Notes: a model not told the origin generated them from the letters alone. A stretch of DNA of 63,805 nt, filler included, from Dugesia japonica (GCA_001938525.1; 4 parts of 4 records of this genome joined end to end with filler, not necessarily neighbours in it), one strand, 5' to 3'. Shown: positions 47,241 through 61,225, counted from the whole stretch's first letter. Made by a program: numbers and translations.

Positions 47241-50200
47241 TTATTATAATTATATATTTTTATATTTATTATATTAAAAAAGAATAGTAGAGAAATTCAG
47301 AATAGATATTATAAAAGCTGGACATTTGACGGTTAACAATACAGTAAAAACAAGAAAACAAAAATACCTTTTCAATCAAATGTACCTGTTTAGGAAGAAG
47401 TTCAATTTCGACTTCTATTAAATTGTTAATAAATTTGTTTTAATTTCACAACTTATATAAAGTCGTATGGAATTCATTAATGATCAAGTTATAACATCAT
47501 TATTTTTTAAATTGCAAGCATTCTCATTCTAAACAAACAAAATAATAAAAATAATAGCAAAAAGTAAAAATTACACCATACTATTTGAAATTATGTTTAT
47601 TACGGGTAATATTATTATCTTCACCTGACACGTAATCCTCGCCACATATTATCTCTGCTTATTGCTATTATAATTATAAAATCACAAGACAATTGAGCAA
47701 TGATTACACCTCATACTAATTATTAATTGTAATTATTCTTACTCATATTACTATATGTTTTGCATAAATACTCCTCATAACTAAACTTGATAATTCTTAA
47801 GGTATCTATAAATAATTATTTACCAAATAACCTTTCATGGATTCATTTTATTTTACAATATCTCACGACTGAAAGTTTTAAGCTCTAATATCATTAGAAA
47901 AGTTAAAATGTAAGCATTAACTACAACCAATAATATTTAAAATTTAAAAAAGAACAAACGAAAATTACTTAGTAAATTCATATGGGGTTGCTTTCATGGC
48001 TTATAACCAAATGAATTCACAGACAACAACGTAAATTTACAAAGATGAAAACTCAGATCAACTTTACATTTAACACAAACAATCACCAAATACAGTCAAT
48101 CAAAATATAAATTGACATTGTTAATTGTTTAATAGGAAATTATTGAAATCAATCTATTATTAGAGAGAATATTTTGAGACGAAATATTCTGACTTACTCA
48201 TTTTCTNATCTTTACATCTTCAATAAAAATCCTTTANATTTCTTTTCATTTAAATATTACAAGTTTTTACAGAAATATATTTCAAATAATAACCTTGTAA
48301 AATTTTCAAAAAATAAGAAAATCAAATATTCTAATATTCATATACATTTATTTAAATAAATTATTTGTTTTCTAGGGTTTTGTCTACGTAGCTTCTCATG
48401 TTCAAGAACCAACCAGATTTAAGTTCATTTCATATCTTTAACAGAGCAATTTTTAGCAAGTTCCTTCTTATACTTTTCAACATGTCGACTGTAATTGTTG
48501 CACTTTTTTATCGCTGTTTTATTATCATCAATTTCGTTGGATAATGTTTGTTCCTTCAATGTATTCTGTTAAGTGAGTTTGGAAAACTCATCGAATCATT
48601 AATATCAGAATTCAACTCCATAAATTTATTAAAATAAAAACTATGCTTAACACTGTATGTTTATTTAAACAAATTAAAATCCCGTATTTTCATTGGTGAT
48701 CATTTTTCAAAATCGAAAACTGTAATTTATTCATTTAAATTCAATTTTATTTATTTATTTAAAATTTAAGACAAATTTCCGTTTACTCAAATGTTTTAAT
48801 TTATCATTAAAAAAATATTTGTTATTTAAATTCTTCATCAATACTTCAAATCTTTCTTTTAAACAAAAAAGTTTAGAAATATGATCACCAATAACACAAG
48901 AATTTTTACTCGCTTTTCTAAACACACTTACATATTCATTTTGTGAAAGTATCTCATATCATGTAAATTCAAACAAATTTTAAATATATTTCTACAAAAA
49001 CCTGTAATTTTAAATACAAAAATATTAAAAATATTTATCGATATTTAAGAACCAATTTTAATAAATTATTTTAATTATATTGAATTAATTATTAAATGAA
49101 GGTATGTTCAAAAATAATTTTTTATTAATGAAAATGATGAAAATAATAATAAATGGAATTATTTCATTTTCCAGGGAAATATTTTCAATCGGTTATTTAA
49201 ATAGCTAAATGTAATTAAATTGATGATAATATTGTAAGAAAAAAAAATTTTCTCATCGCATTTAAACAATGGCAATTCACTGATCGATAATAAAGAAGGA
49301 AATAATCCCATCTATATGAATGCCGATCGTTTCCATAATATTAATTTTGATTATTTAATCAAAATAATTAAATAAAAATATAATAAAACTGTTTATTGGT
49401 CTTTAGTCATAGTCGGCAAAATTATTTTCTTATTAATTCTATTTCTTGATTTCTTTAACGATTTCCATTTCCCAATCACAGAAAATGGTATAACCGCTTT
49501 TCATCAATAAGATTATTTTAATATGACGAAAAAAATTGAAAAGAGAAATAAGCTTCTACTAGAACGTAGAGGCATATCAAACAAATTCATTTGTGATGTG
49601 AGTGATCTTATAGTAAACGTTGTTCTTTGATGACTCGTTCTCTTGTCAGATATATCTATGGTAAAAATTTATATGATTTCATCTTATAGATAGACTAAAT
49701 TGATAGATTAAAGAAAGAACATCGCCACCATCAGACAACTAATTGAAAAGCAATTTTTTTGAATCTGTTCTTCTTTGACAATCAATATGTTTAATTTGTA
49801 TATATATTAAATTACTAATGTTAAAATTAAATGGAAATTGAAAAAAAAGAAAATAAAACACAAAAATAATTTCAGGAGTTCTGAATTTCACTGAGAGAAG
49901 AATCAATTATTTTATGCCTAAGAATTTCAAATAATTCTATTAATGAGAGGAAATTTCAATTAATACATTGATTTTCTTCGATTTTGTTTTTCAGTGTTTA
50001 TTTTACATTAGCATTGGTAATTTCTAATGTAGATATAATGTTGACATGAAATTGGAATATAATATTGAAGAGATAAACAAAAAACTATATTTCAATGGTT
50101 TTTCAGTTTAATTCTAAAATAATTATTTTTATTTACGGAATAATTGGATAAAGTTACGAACGATGATTATTGGAATTGATCGTGTATTTTGAAAATGTGA

Positions 50201-50355
50201 ATAATCACGAGATATCGATTTAAACGTCGTTTTATTCTTAATTGTATTCTGAAGAATTAGAAAATAAAATTCAATAGTTTTTACATTTATTATTGAAATT
50301 GACGTTAATATAATTATTTAAATACAATTTTATCGATCATAATAATACTAATTAT

Positions 50356-50526
50356 TATAAGGAAATAATTATTAATCAACAACTTTAGCCAATAGAAAGC
50401 GACTTAATTGTATATTAATATTGTAATGGTTCTACTATCATATGATAATATGGGTGAGATAGCTGTGTGAGTTGAAATAAATTATGTCTAAAAATAGTTG
50501 TGATTTTAAAAATGAATTACCTAACA
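50356..50526 (+). mobile_element. 5' LTR
   Basis: TATAAGG...CCTAACA; homologous to 32448-32581 and 43410-43597. Confidence 0.85.
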
Positions 50527-51070
50527 TGGTGGCAGCGATAAATATAGATTCTATTGCCGAATATAGGTTATTGCCGAAAATGTTATGCAGAGAAGATGAT
50601 ATTTAAAAATTCATCAAGCGATGCGAATTGTGTTTTAAAGTTAAAAGCATCACCCAGGTGAAACAACAGGAGAGATTAGTATCTTGTTTGTTAGATGATG
50701 AATTGTTGTAAGAATATGCAAAGACGTTGAAAAAGGTTGAAGGATTTTAGGCCCGTTTACGTATGACATTTAAGAAAGAGAAAGATGTTATCAAAGATTT
50801 TCAAAATTTGATTAACTACAGGTGTGGAAATGAAGAGATTCAAGTTTATTTTAAAAATGTAAAATATTTAGTGGAAAGATTATTTACAAATAAAAATTTT
50901 ACTAAGGAAACAATGGTAGCAAAGATGCTAGTATATTGTTCAGATAATAAAATAGTTAAAGAAGAAGTGACTTTGCGGAAACGAGAGAATATAGAAGAAA
51001 TTGAAGAAACAATGACGCTAGTAGATTGAGTAGAGAAAAATAGAGATCAAGTTTATGCAGTTAGAAGTTG
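50526..51070 (+). pseudogene. Gypsy gag (in-frame stops), truncated
   Basis: MVAAINID..LLPKML..DDI*KFIKRCE continues in frame into ORF 50763-51029. Confidence 0.8.
50527..50537 (+). promoter_or_regulatory. Primer-binding site TGGTGGCAGCG (tRNA-Leu type)
   Basis: Directly after LTR CA; complementary to ...CGCUGCCACCA 3' end of tRNA-Leu(AAG/UAG). Confidence 0.75.
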
Positions 51071-51395
51071 CGCGAGAGATATAATTTGAAATCATCAGTA
51101 ACCTGAAAATCATATAGTGAATAGACCAATAGTTAAATACAAAATAAAAAACATAATTTTAAATATAACATTTATTTTAAAATAATTTTCGTCATTACAT
51201 TGACAGTCTAAAATAAAAATTTTTGAAATTTTTTGAAATTAATGCTATTAATAAAGTTTTTTTTTAATAAAATCAGCACTAAAAATAATTCAATTAATTT
51301 TTCAATAAAACTAAAAACTTACATATAATTTAAATTAAAAGACTTATTAGTACATATTTTTATTAATATATTAAGTTAGAATACATTAATTGTCT

Positions 51396-51802
51396 TGTAA
51401 GGTCGGTTCATGGATTTCAAATGTCTGAAATGTTTTAATTTTTCTATATATATTACATTATATATATTATCTTTTAAAATTTATTTCTAAAAATTTCAAA
51501 TATTATTGAAAATTTTAAAATTATAAAAGATTATTTTATGATATATAAAATATTAAAAGTAAAATCGATATTTTATATTATGTAAAATTATAAATTTATA
51601 AAAAATGTATTATGAAATTATAATATATGAAATAATTTAAAAAGAAAAATTGAGATATTTAAAAAATATATTTGATTAAAATTTCTCAGATTATTTGTTT
51701 TAATACTGCAAATTGTTCTTCATTATTTTTTCATTTTAATAAAAAACTTGTAATAATCAATAAAATTTATGAAGAGTTGTGAGATTTTGAATTTAACTAA
51801 TA
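51396..51802 (+). mobile_element. Solo LTR with perfect 5-bp TSD TGTCT
   Basis: TGTCT|TGTAAGG...AACTAATA|TGTCT; homologous to 5394-5815. Confidence 0.9.
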
Positions 51803-52019
51803 TGTCTAAAATAAAATTAAATTATTGTAATAAATTAAATAATTTGCGCATTCAATCAAACACTATGATAAAATACTTTTGCTTTTGAATTTAATATATA
51901 TTTTGTGTATATCTATAGAAAGCTGTAAAAATCAAGTAATACAAATAAAATTAGACTTAAGAATTTCAAACTAATGTCTCAACTAAAAGTAGTATTATAC
52001 TATGCATAGAAAACACTAA

Positions 52020-52660
52020 CAAAAAGTCAGAAACAGTACTGCATCACAAGAAAAGAGCTTCTGGCAATATATGTGTTTGTCCTCAAGTTTAAGCACTATT
52101 TAATGGGATCACAATTTTTGGTACGAACAGATCATCAAGCATTAAAATGGATNNNTAATTGGGATAGCCCAAATACGTCACAATACTGCATATGTAAAGC
52201 TGTACTGGAAATCTTTGATATGATCGTAAATTTAGAAAAGGTGCTGAACATATTAATGCTGATGCACTTTCACGATAACCAGATTACGAGCAATTTTTAA
52301 TAAAACATGAGGATCCAAAAAGTTAAAGAAACTTTAAAATACACAAAACAACAGACAAACATGACAAACAAAATATACGCTCAGAAAACGTTAAAATAAA
52401 ATATATCAAAAAGACGAATGGGAACAAAGAAAAGATATAAATATACGAATAATACTACAGGCTCTAGAAAGAAACGAGAGAGCACTTCGTGACTTAGAGG
52501 TAAATAAAGGAATACAATCGTATTGGGAGAAAAAGAAAGGACCTGGAATACGAAGTGAGATTCTATATTTAGAAAAGGATCAAAAATATTTCTTATTGTG
52601 CCCAGACATAGAAGAGAAGATTTCATTTGGAAATATCATAAGTTAAGTCACGTGGCTAAG
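52020..52660 (+). pseudogene. Gypsy RNase H-integrase linker fragment
   Basis: YCITRKELLAIYVFVLKFKHYLMG..RTDHQALKW, HINADALSR. Confidence 0.85.
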
Positions 52661-52764
52661 TATTTTTATTGATTTTTCAAAAATAAATGTAATAGATATG
52701 CAACTCAGATGCAGCTCAGATGCAACACACATACAATGAAAATCATGTGCCTATGAATTTTAGA

Positions 52765-53100
52765 ATCCCTTATAAAATATCAAGACTGCCCCATACCATG
52801 CTACATATAGAGACTGCCACATGCTAAATATAGTCACCCCATTCTAAATATAGAAACTCCCCAATACCATGCTAAATATAGAAACTATCCATGCAAAATA
52901 TCAAGACTGCCCCATANNNNNNNNNNNNNNNNNNNNNNNNNNNNNNNNNNNNNNNNNNNNNNNNNNNNNNNNNNNNNNNNNNNNNNNGAAACTCCTCCAT
53001 ACCATTCAAAATATAGGTACTCCCCATAAAAAATATCAAAACTCTCCTCATACCATGCTATTAATAAAGACTTCCCTCATCCCATGCTAAATATAAAGTC
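52765..53100 (+). repeat. Minisatellite, ~21-28-bp units (CCCCATACCATGCTAAATATAGAAACT)
   Basis: More than 8 degenerate tandem units interrupted by a gap. Confidence 0.85.
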
Positions 53101-54037
53101 TGCCCTAAAAAATTATATTTCCCGCCAAAAAATAAAATTTTTAAATTTTCCGCAAAATATTTTTTAAATTTCCCTCTTAAAAACCAAGACTCCCCTCTTC
53201 CTCCAATAAAAAAATAATAAACAACCCTTCCCATCCAAAAATACTCAAAAATACCATTATTTTCTAATAATTCATCATTTTAAGCAAAATACAGCATTTT
53301 AAACCAAAATAAAAATTTCAAAAATTCATTACGTCACACCCACCCACCAAGAAAATTTCAAATAAATCTTAAAAATTAGATAATTTCATTCTCTTTCCAT
53401 CCGTACCACTTTCCTTCTCCCGAAAATTTTTTTAGCACACTTATATTACTTACAAATATCAACCAATCAAATTGAAGCCCTTAAAATCAAAAATCAAAGC
53501 ACATTCAACAACCACCATCTTCCCAATCCCATTACTTTTCCAGCAATCCGTCAACCAACAATATACAAAAACCGCCTACAAACATACACCCTCCCGAAAA
53601 ACACGCCGTGATAACTCATAAGACTGTGCTAATGCACTACCACACTTCTAGCTAAAATCATCCACCCCACCTCAAAAGTACTTTAGAAAATGTATAGACC
53701 GAATTTTTTGTTCAACCACAACCAAAGTTTAAAAACTCTCAAAAAATTATTTCCAAGATCTCCAGCTCCCATCGAGTTTAAATTCCTTCTTTCACTCACA
53801 CACAAACTCAAATTAACCCCCTTAGCAACCCAAACACACAGAAAATTTTAAAATGAAAATTACACACACACCCAGGATAAAAAACTGACACGATCAAAAA
53901 TAATTTGATCCCAAAAATCTTAGAAAAAAAAACTACCCAAAAATCATGGCACAATTGTAATCAGTTTCCGAACCCCCGGGGGATAGGAGGAGGTGGGTGT
54001 AAATTATGCTTATGCTCTACTATCTATCTACCTACCC
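53100..54037 (-). mobile_element. Strand-skewed terminal region of a large DNA element, terminus related to the 19432-20527 TIR
   Basis: C/A-rich, G-poor block ending GGAGGTGG...TGCTCTACTATCTATCTACCTACCC. Confidence 0.45.
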
Positions 54038-54064
54038 AGCAGAGCATCGTAAAATAAAAATTTA

Positions 54065-54400
54065 AGCAGAACCCAATCGATAATCAGTGGTTAAAAGTGA
54101 TGAAAAATGGATATATTTCTACAATTCAAATAATTAGAACCAATAGTTGTAAGTCGGTCAGGTTGCTAAATATATTTACAAACGCGATAGATTCGCAAAA
54201 AAGACCTTGTTATGTGTTTTGATAGCACTTGGAATGAGTAATAAACTTCAAACTTCTACCAAATAATCAAGCCATTGATATTGATGTGTAATGTCCTCAA
54301 GTCGATCGAGTTCTCAGTGTTCTTACCCAAAAATATCCTGCTTTGACTAACAGAAAACTGATTCTTATTCGATACGACAATGCATCATCTCATTGTCAAT
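54065..54400 (+). pseudogene. mariner transposase relic
   Basis: VVKSDEKWI, KKTLLCV, LLPNNQAID..QVDRV...KYPALTNRKLILIRYDNASSH. Confidence 0.85.
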
Positions 54401-55012
54401 ATCCATTATTAAACAAAATATGCTAAGTTTTTTTATGTTACTCTCTATCAACATAAAATTAATTGTTCTTTAATTTGAAAAATAATTTAAATTATTTTAT
54501 AACACTGAATTAAATTAAATAATATATTTTACAACTTGAAAAAAATCAAAATAAGAATAATTAAATAATAGTCCATTTTAATTAACGAATTTATTAATTA
54601 ATTAAAAAATATCACCTGCACCCACTGGCAGTTCAAAAGTAATTCAATCATAATACTTTATAGATAAAGTTAACAAAATTATAAATGTATACATTTTTAC
54701 AAATAAGTAAATTCTAAGACAACTTAGCACATGGTTACAATTATTCCAGACGAAAAATTAGAAAAAAAATCATTTGTCGGAACGGTTTTTTTCAATTTCT
54801 AAAATCAGCTGTTACTATTTCATCAATTATTGTACGAGTTTATTTCTTATCAGAAAATCTGGTGAGGAATTCGCTATCAATCTGAATAATTTTAAACATG
54901 TTTCATTTGAAATATAATTTTCATTTTTTCATTGCAATTTGTTGTTGCTTATTTGTTTTACGTTATTAAATTTCATTCCATTGGAAATTGGTTGATTTAA
55001 TTTTTTTGTATA

Positions 55013-55019
55013 TTTATTA

Positions 55020-55074
<55 letters not shown>

Positions 55075-55087
55075 TATTATTATTATT
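55013..55087. repeat. (TTA)n microsatellite
   Basis: Triplet array at contig end. Confidence 0.9.
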
Positions 55088-55187
55088 NNNNNNNNNNNNN
55101 NNNNNNNNNNNNNNNNNNNNNNNNNNNNNNNTTAATTAATTAANNNNNNNNNNNNNNNNNNNNNNNNNNNNNNNNNNNNNNNNNNNN
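55088..55187. other. Artificial contig-joining spacer
   Basis: 44 N + TTAATTAATTAA + 44 N. Confidence 0.95.
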
Positions 55188-56326
55188 AATGAAACACCAG
55201 AATCAGAGAAGTCTAATGAATGGAAAGCAAACAAATCAATAATCGAGTCTATTTTACCAAACTTAAAAGAAGTCTCGCATTGTAATAAAGCTTCTTTTCT
55301 GATATCAATTCAAGATGCTAAACTTATTAGTGATATTCTTTTTCTGTATTTTCCTTCTTATGATACTTCTGAAGGTAAATTTTTAAATTTTTAAATTTTC
55401 TTTATTTTTTTTAGTTGATATCTCTAATAATATCTCTGATTTGGTTATTCCTCAATTTATACAACCTANCTTTTATTCCAAATTTTCCTCTTTTTCATCA
55501 AATCAATCTCTTTTTGATGAAAGTATTTTTATTGCAAACTTATATTTTTAATTTAATTATTTTTAGAACATATTTCTGAAGATTTTCAGTATGTTGATAG
55601 TTTCTCTCAACTTCGTCAGCACTATGCGTCGTCGTTTGCGGGATCTGATATATCATCTGAAATCGGTTATAATGCTGATTCNTCTTTTTCTGCTCAATTT
55701 AATTCTTCTGATTTGCCCTTATACTCTCCGGGTAGTGATGAGGTTTTTGATCCTGATCGTAACGTTGATGTTAATATTAATAAACCTAATAATTGGGTTC
55801 AATATTTTGAAATGGAACTCAAATACTTGGAAGGTCAAACTGATTCATTTATTTCTTCTTTCAATAGACTACCTGATTCAACTAATCACAATTATGAAAA
55901 TAACTCAGAGAATCCTGATTTTCAAAAAATTGCAGAAGATGCGAAATCGCGTATTGCTAATTTGGAGAAATACTGTGCAAATTATGTTTCCAGTCGTCGT
56001 TCTTCGTATTCTGTTTTATCAAATGTTTCTTCGCGTCAGAATTCTAGGGATGAAAATAGTATGCCACAAGATTTACAGATTATGTTTGAAGCAATTAAAA
56101 AGAAAAATAATGCAATTTTAAATTCGTCATCACTAACTCGCCATGACACTGAAAGATTTCTACAAGATCAAACTAGAAATATTTTTCAAATTAAAAATCA
56201 ATTGTTAAAGTAGAAATCTTTTGAATCTTATGCTATTAATTTTTATTTAGATCATTTCATCATACCTCATCTTCAATGAAGAAACTTAATTCAAATGACA
56301 GTGATGGGGAGGTTAAATTCTTTTAA
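55188..56326 (+). CDS. Uncharacterised Ser-rich protein, 5'-partial; exons 55188-55374, 55415-55522, 55567-56209, 56251-56326
   Basis: 40-, 44- and 41-bp GT-AG introns join into one open frame that includes ORF 55713-56213. Confidence 0.75.
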
Positions 56327-57549
56327 TTATTAAATAAATGCTTAAATCAACATTTTGAGAGTATATATTTAAGCTTTATATTTATTTATTAAGCTTTATA
56401 ATCATACTACTAAAATATATCTTTATGAAATAAAGCTTCTTATTTTTTCTTTAGGAGATCAATTCTGCTTGGAATTGTTAATTTTCCTGATTTGATTTTC
56501 TTCAAAATGATTCATTTTTCATAACTTATCAACTTGTTGACTTCATTCTTCAATTCGTTGATCTGCGATTATTGAAGTGGTTTTTCACAATATCTATAAT
56601 TTTATTAAAGTCTTAATCTGATTTATCAAATTTTGTAGAAACTACATCATTATAATTAATCAGACGAGAATCAACTTTTTTCGTTTCATACATTGCATGC
56701 ATTTGAATTAAGATAAAAAATATCAACAAATTAAATCTTTTATTTCTTTTTTTTTAAAAAAGAATATTATTTATTTTTAATTATAATTTTCAATGTGAAA
56801 ATTTAAAAATAAAAGAAAATTCAAATTATGCATAAAAAATATATAATAGTATTTTAAAAATTCGGGTATATTCCTGATACATGAAATTGCTAAATACGTG
56901 CAGAATTCTGTATATTGGATGTTAGATGAGTTTGAAGTACTCATAGGATCATCAATATCAAAACTCAATTCCATAGAAAATTTATTCACAAAACAAAACT
57001 ATAAATATTAATTTCCTTTTTTCAAACCAATTTAAAAATTCATATTCAAAGCGAAAAATATCAAATATCAGAATTTTGTAAAATATTCCAATATAAAATT
57101 TTATTAATGTCAAATTTTAATATACAGCAAAAAACACAATTCACCCACAATATTTTATTCTCTATTTAATTTAAAATTTTATATTTCTTTTATTTTATTT
57201 GAAATTTATTTAATGGTAAATTTAAAAATACAGTAAAAAACATTTGTATACAATATTTTATAGTCTATTCTATTTAAAATTTTTATCTTTTATGTGATCT
57301 AAAATTTTAATAATTAAAAATACATTAAAAAATATATTTTATTTACAAAGCGAAATTTAAAAAGTTTAAGAATATTACAAGAAGTTCAATACATATTAAG
57401 TTATTTTTATACATAATGAAAATGATAATTTATCGTATATATAAATTATTTTATAATACAAATTTAAATATAATATAATATTTAAACTAATTCCAATAAA
57501 TTTCACTCAAAATACAAAAAATTCAAACATGCTTTTAAAAACTATCTTA

Positions 57550-60284
57550 CAGTGGAGATTACACATTTTATTAAACATTTATTTATTGAAATCTTTTGTA
57601 CTCCAATTTTCTAAATGACTTGGTAAGTCTCAGGTGGTCAGTTTCTAAAGATCCTATTACACAGGTGTACAATTTTACATAGTAACCAGGTTTTGCTAAT
57701 TGTATCTTGTTGTTTAAATTATCATATTTCATNNNNNNNNNNNNNNNNNNNNNNNNNNNNNNNNNNNNNNNNNNNNNNNNNNNNNNNNNATCAACCAGTA
57801 ATACTCTTTTCTTTTTCGAATCACTAATCATAATATCAACGCGGTCTAATGAATTTGGAACAATAGAACAAGTGCGATTAATTACAATTATCAAATCAGG
57901 GGATTTTAAATATTGAACAAATATTTCAATGCATGCATTTTGACGCTTTGTTCCTAATGATTTTTTTTATATCACAACTTTGTAGGAGATTTGACATTGT
58001 TTCACAGTGAGAATAACATCGTCGAAATAGTCTTTCATTAAAAGTAATGATATTTGGTCAAGCATTTATTGAAAGTGTATTTGTACGTGCTCTGTGTATA
58101 AAATTCCATTCAAATTTGCCTAAAACACTGCGAAAAATTAGTTTGTTGGCGTCTGGACTAAGACGCGCGGCATCAGCTAAAATGTTACTGTTATTACTTT
58201 TATGCCATTTTATTGAGTAAGAGTTAGATATGATTTTATGTAGTAGAAATGCAATTTGTTTTCTGGAGTCACGGTTTACAGTAACCGTCTCATTGGGTAT
58301 AATAATACGCAGATGTGTCCCATTAATTTCAACTGCAAATTTAATGTTTATGTCATGAACTCTTTTAAAGTATTCAATTGCAGTTCGCAAACTCATAAAT
58401 CTTGTTTTTGTCACTTTGCAAATTTTAATACTAAATTTACTATTAATCCAGTCAAAACTTTGTGATAAAGTCGGTACCTTTATCCCTAATTTTGACAAAG
58501 CACCAATTCTAAAAGACTTGTGATTAATTTTCTTAGTATAGTCACCATTAGTAGTAAATAATCTAAAGAATTGTACATTACTTTGACAATTGTAATCATC
58601 AAGAAGATCAATACACCCCGCTCCAACCATTCCTTTTGCTGTATAAAAATAAGCATGTTCATCATTTTGCGAAGTTGTATTCGAAGTTGTATTTGACGTT
58701 TACTAGTAGAATTAAAAAAACATTTACTGTTACCGAAACTAATGGATAATGCACTCGTTTTGATTTCCCGAGTTCTTAAAGGAAAAACAAGACACGAATG
58801 TAAAAACAGTTTGTAAGCTTTCGATTTTTGCCAACAAAACAATTTACAATTTGCAAGTTTTCGGCATCAGTTATCAATTTTTGAATAGTATCATATGGTG
58901 TTTGATCATTATGATCTCCAATTGGAACACCAAGATATTGATAAAATTCATTGCTAAGTAGTTTTTTAATTTTTATATCGTAAATGCTTATAACACTAGG
59001 AATATTAATATTTGGAGATTAAATGTAAGCACACTTCGTGACACACCTTAGTGACATCAATAACCTTATTTACAAGAGTTTTGAAGATCATCGGCATATC
59101 TAGCAATTAGTGCTATGTCATCAGCATACGCCAGTATCTGAACAAAAGAAGTATTTATCATGAAAGATGAAATTTGGCATGCTTTAGTAGCTTCAAGATC
59201 AGGATTCATAACAATGGAAAGAGAATCAAAGATAGTGGACAACCTTGTTTAACACTTTTTCCAATTGTAATGTTGTTTGTAAGAATACGACCACAACTAT
59301 AAAAACTATTTGTATCAGAGTAACATTTGTTAAGAATATTAACGGTTGTTTAGCAATTTTTAATTTAGTTGCATGAGGAAACTGTTGATAGATAATATCT
59401 AGTGTTTCATCAAAATTAAGATTTTCAGTAATATTAATTAAATTTTTATTCTGTCTTTATGAGCAGAGTTTAATACGGTTTTTGACTTAAATGACTCGTC
59501 ATTACTATTGATATTAAAGCTGTACGTTATTATTGAAACTAGTTCTTTAATAATATCACCAATATCTTCGATTTTAATGTTAATTAGAGAACGATCGCTT
59601 GCACAGTTTTTGATAAAAGAGTAAATCAAGATATTGATGAACAGTTCTCAACCACGAGAATCATATGGTAGATCACCAAGGACAGAAAATAATTTACACG
59701 ATTAGTAATCTCATTTCTACAATAAATAAGAATTTCACTAATTTCTATGTATTTATCATTTTGAATTAAGGTGGTAGGATTAATTAGATAGTGTTCATTA
59801 GATTTGTAATCTATAATTAGTAATAATTGATGTGATTTTGCTGGATGAAAAACAGCAAATATTGTATTCACTTTAGACAGTTTATCAAGGCTTAAAAACA
59901 TGTTTATGTGCTGTTCACAACCATCAAGAATAGCTTTACTCATTGTTTTATCAATAAAAGCAAAAGATTCAGACAAACGAAGATTATCAAAAAGTTCTCT
60001 TATGATTTTATTGGTAATTTTCCCATTAATAAAATTAATAAAGGGAGATAATTCAGAGCAAAGTTTTGAGTTTAGTTTTTTAGCAAATAGTCAGTCACAA
60101 TGTAATTTTCAAGCTTTCTATTGAAGACCAAACTTCCAATATGACCAATAAAAGCTGAAGCAAAGAAGATCGGATCAGATGATGATATTGTTAGATGATA
60201 TAATTCATGATTTCTTCTGAACTTTAAATTTTTACCAAGGAAAAATTTATTTAAAAAATCAGTGACATTATCACCAATTGCACA
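57550..60284 (-). mobile_element. Degenerate NeSL/R4-type non-LTR retrotransposon (Ulp1-like protease, RT, zinc knuckle, restriction-like endonuclease)
   Basis: GKSVKQGCPLS and LAYADDIALI (RT), FIHRARTNTL and CRRC...ET..NLLQSC (knuckle), PDLII..KYDNL..VIGSL (RLE), upstream VFHPAKSHQLLLIIDYK..YLINP (Ulp1-like). Confidence 0.8.
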
Positions 60285-60531
60285 NNNNNNNNNNNNNNNN
60301 NNNNNNNNNNNNNNNNNNNNNNNNNNNNNNNNNNNNNNNNNNNNNNNNNNNNNNNNNNNNNNNNNNNNNNNNNNNNNNNNNNNNNNNNNNNNNNNNNNNN
60401 NNNNNNNNNNNNNNNNNNNNNNNNNNNNNNNNNNNNNNNNNNNNNNNNNNNNNNNNNNNNNNNNNNNNNNNNNNNNNNNNNNNNNNNNNNNTGTAAAATA
60501 ATGTAAAATGACATGGTTTTAGAGCAATATT

Positions 60532-61220
60532 ATGTCTAGAAATTTAACAGAATTTCAAAGAAATGCAATCGTTATACTACGGAATAATGGAAAGTCCTGG
60601 TCAGAAATAGCTCGCGAATTACGTGAAAAGTACAGCAAGACTGTGACGAAACGTGGAATGCAATATCTATGGAAGAAATATCGGAAAATGGAATCCGTGC
60701 GAGATAAGATCAGAAATGGCAGACCAACTATTGTTTCACCCCAAGCTTCACGAGCTATAACACGCATTTNNNNNNNNNNNNNCTTATTATCTGTTCATAA
60801 TATCACCCATACGTACAATACAAGTGCTGTCCAAAATGTTTCTGTTAGTACTGTTCAGCAAATTCTTAACAAGTACGGTTTTCGAAGTTATTCAGCAATT
60901 AAGAAGCCATATTTGAAATTGCATCAACGTCTCAGAACACTTTTCTGGGCCATGACTTACAGTAGTTGGGATGCATATAAATGGAGAGATGTTGTATTCA
61001 GTGACGAGTGTATCTTTCAGTAATATTCGTCATCAAGTAAATTATTGATTAAAAGAACCTCATTGGAAAATTACAATCTTACCTTTATCCAAGCAGTTAT
61101 GCGACCTGGTCCATACATATATGTCTGGGACTACTTCAACAATAATGGAGTTGGACTGCTGAAAAGAATCAATGTAAATATGAATGCCGAGAAATATCAA
61201 AAAGAGTAACTTCATGACAT
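60532..61220 (+). pseudogene. Tc1 transposase, N-terminal 163 aa intact then stops
   Basis: HTH SWSEIAREL, RNGRP, KKPYL, WRDVVFSDECIF, YVWDYFNNNGVGLL. Confidence 0.9.
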
Positions 61221-61225
61221 AGACT

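Noticed and set aside
48370-49780. Coding-looking minus-strand patches (also 32820-33290 and 56450-56700)
   Set aside because: Stops in all frames and no recognisable motif; cannot build a gene model
52765-53100. Repeat array as CRISPR-like
   Set aside because: Degenerate contiguous units without unique spacers; eukaryotic context
55591-56121. Overlapping 176-aa hydrophobic ORF
   Set aside because: Alternative frame of the spliced Ser-rich exon; TCN/NTT bias explains openness
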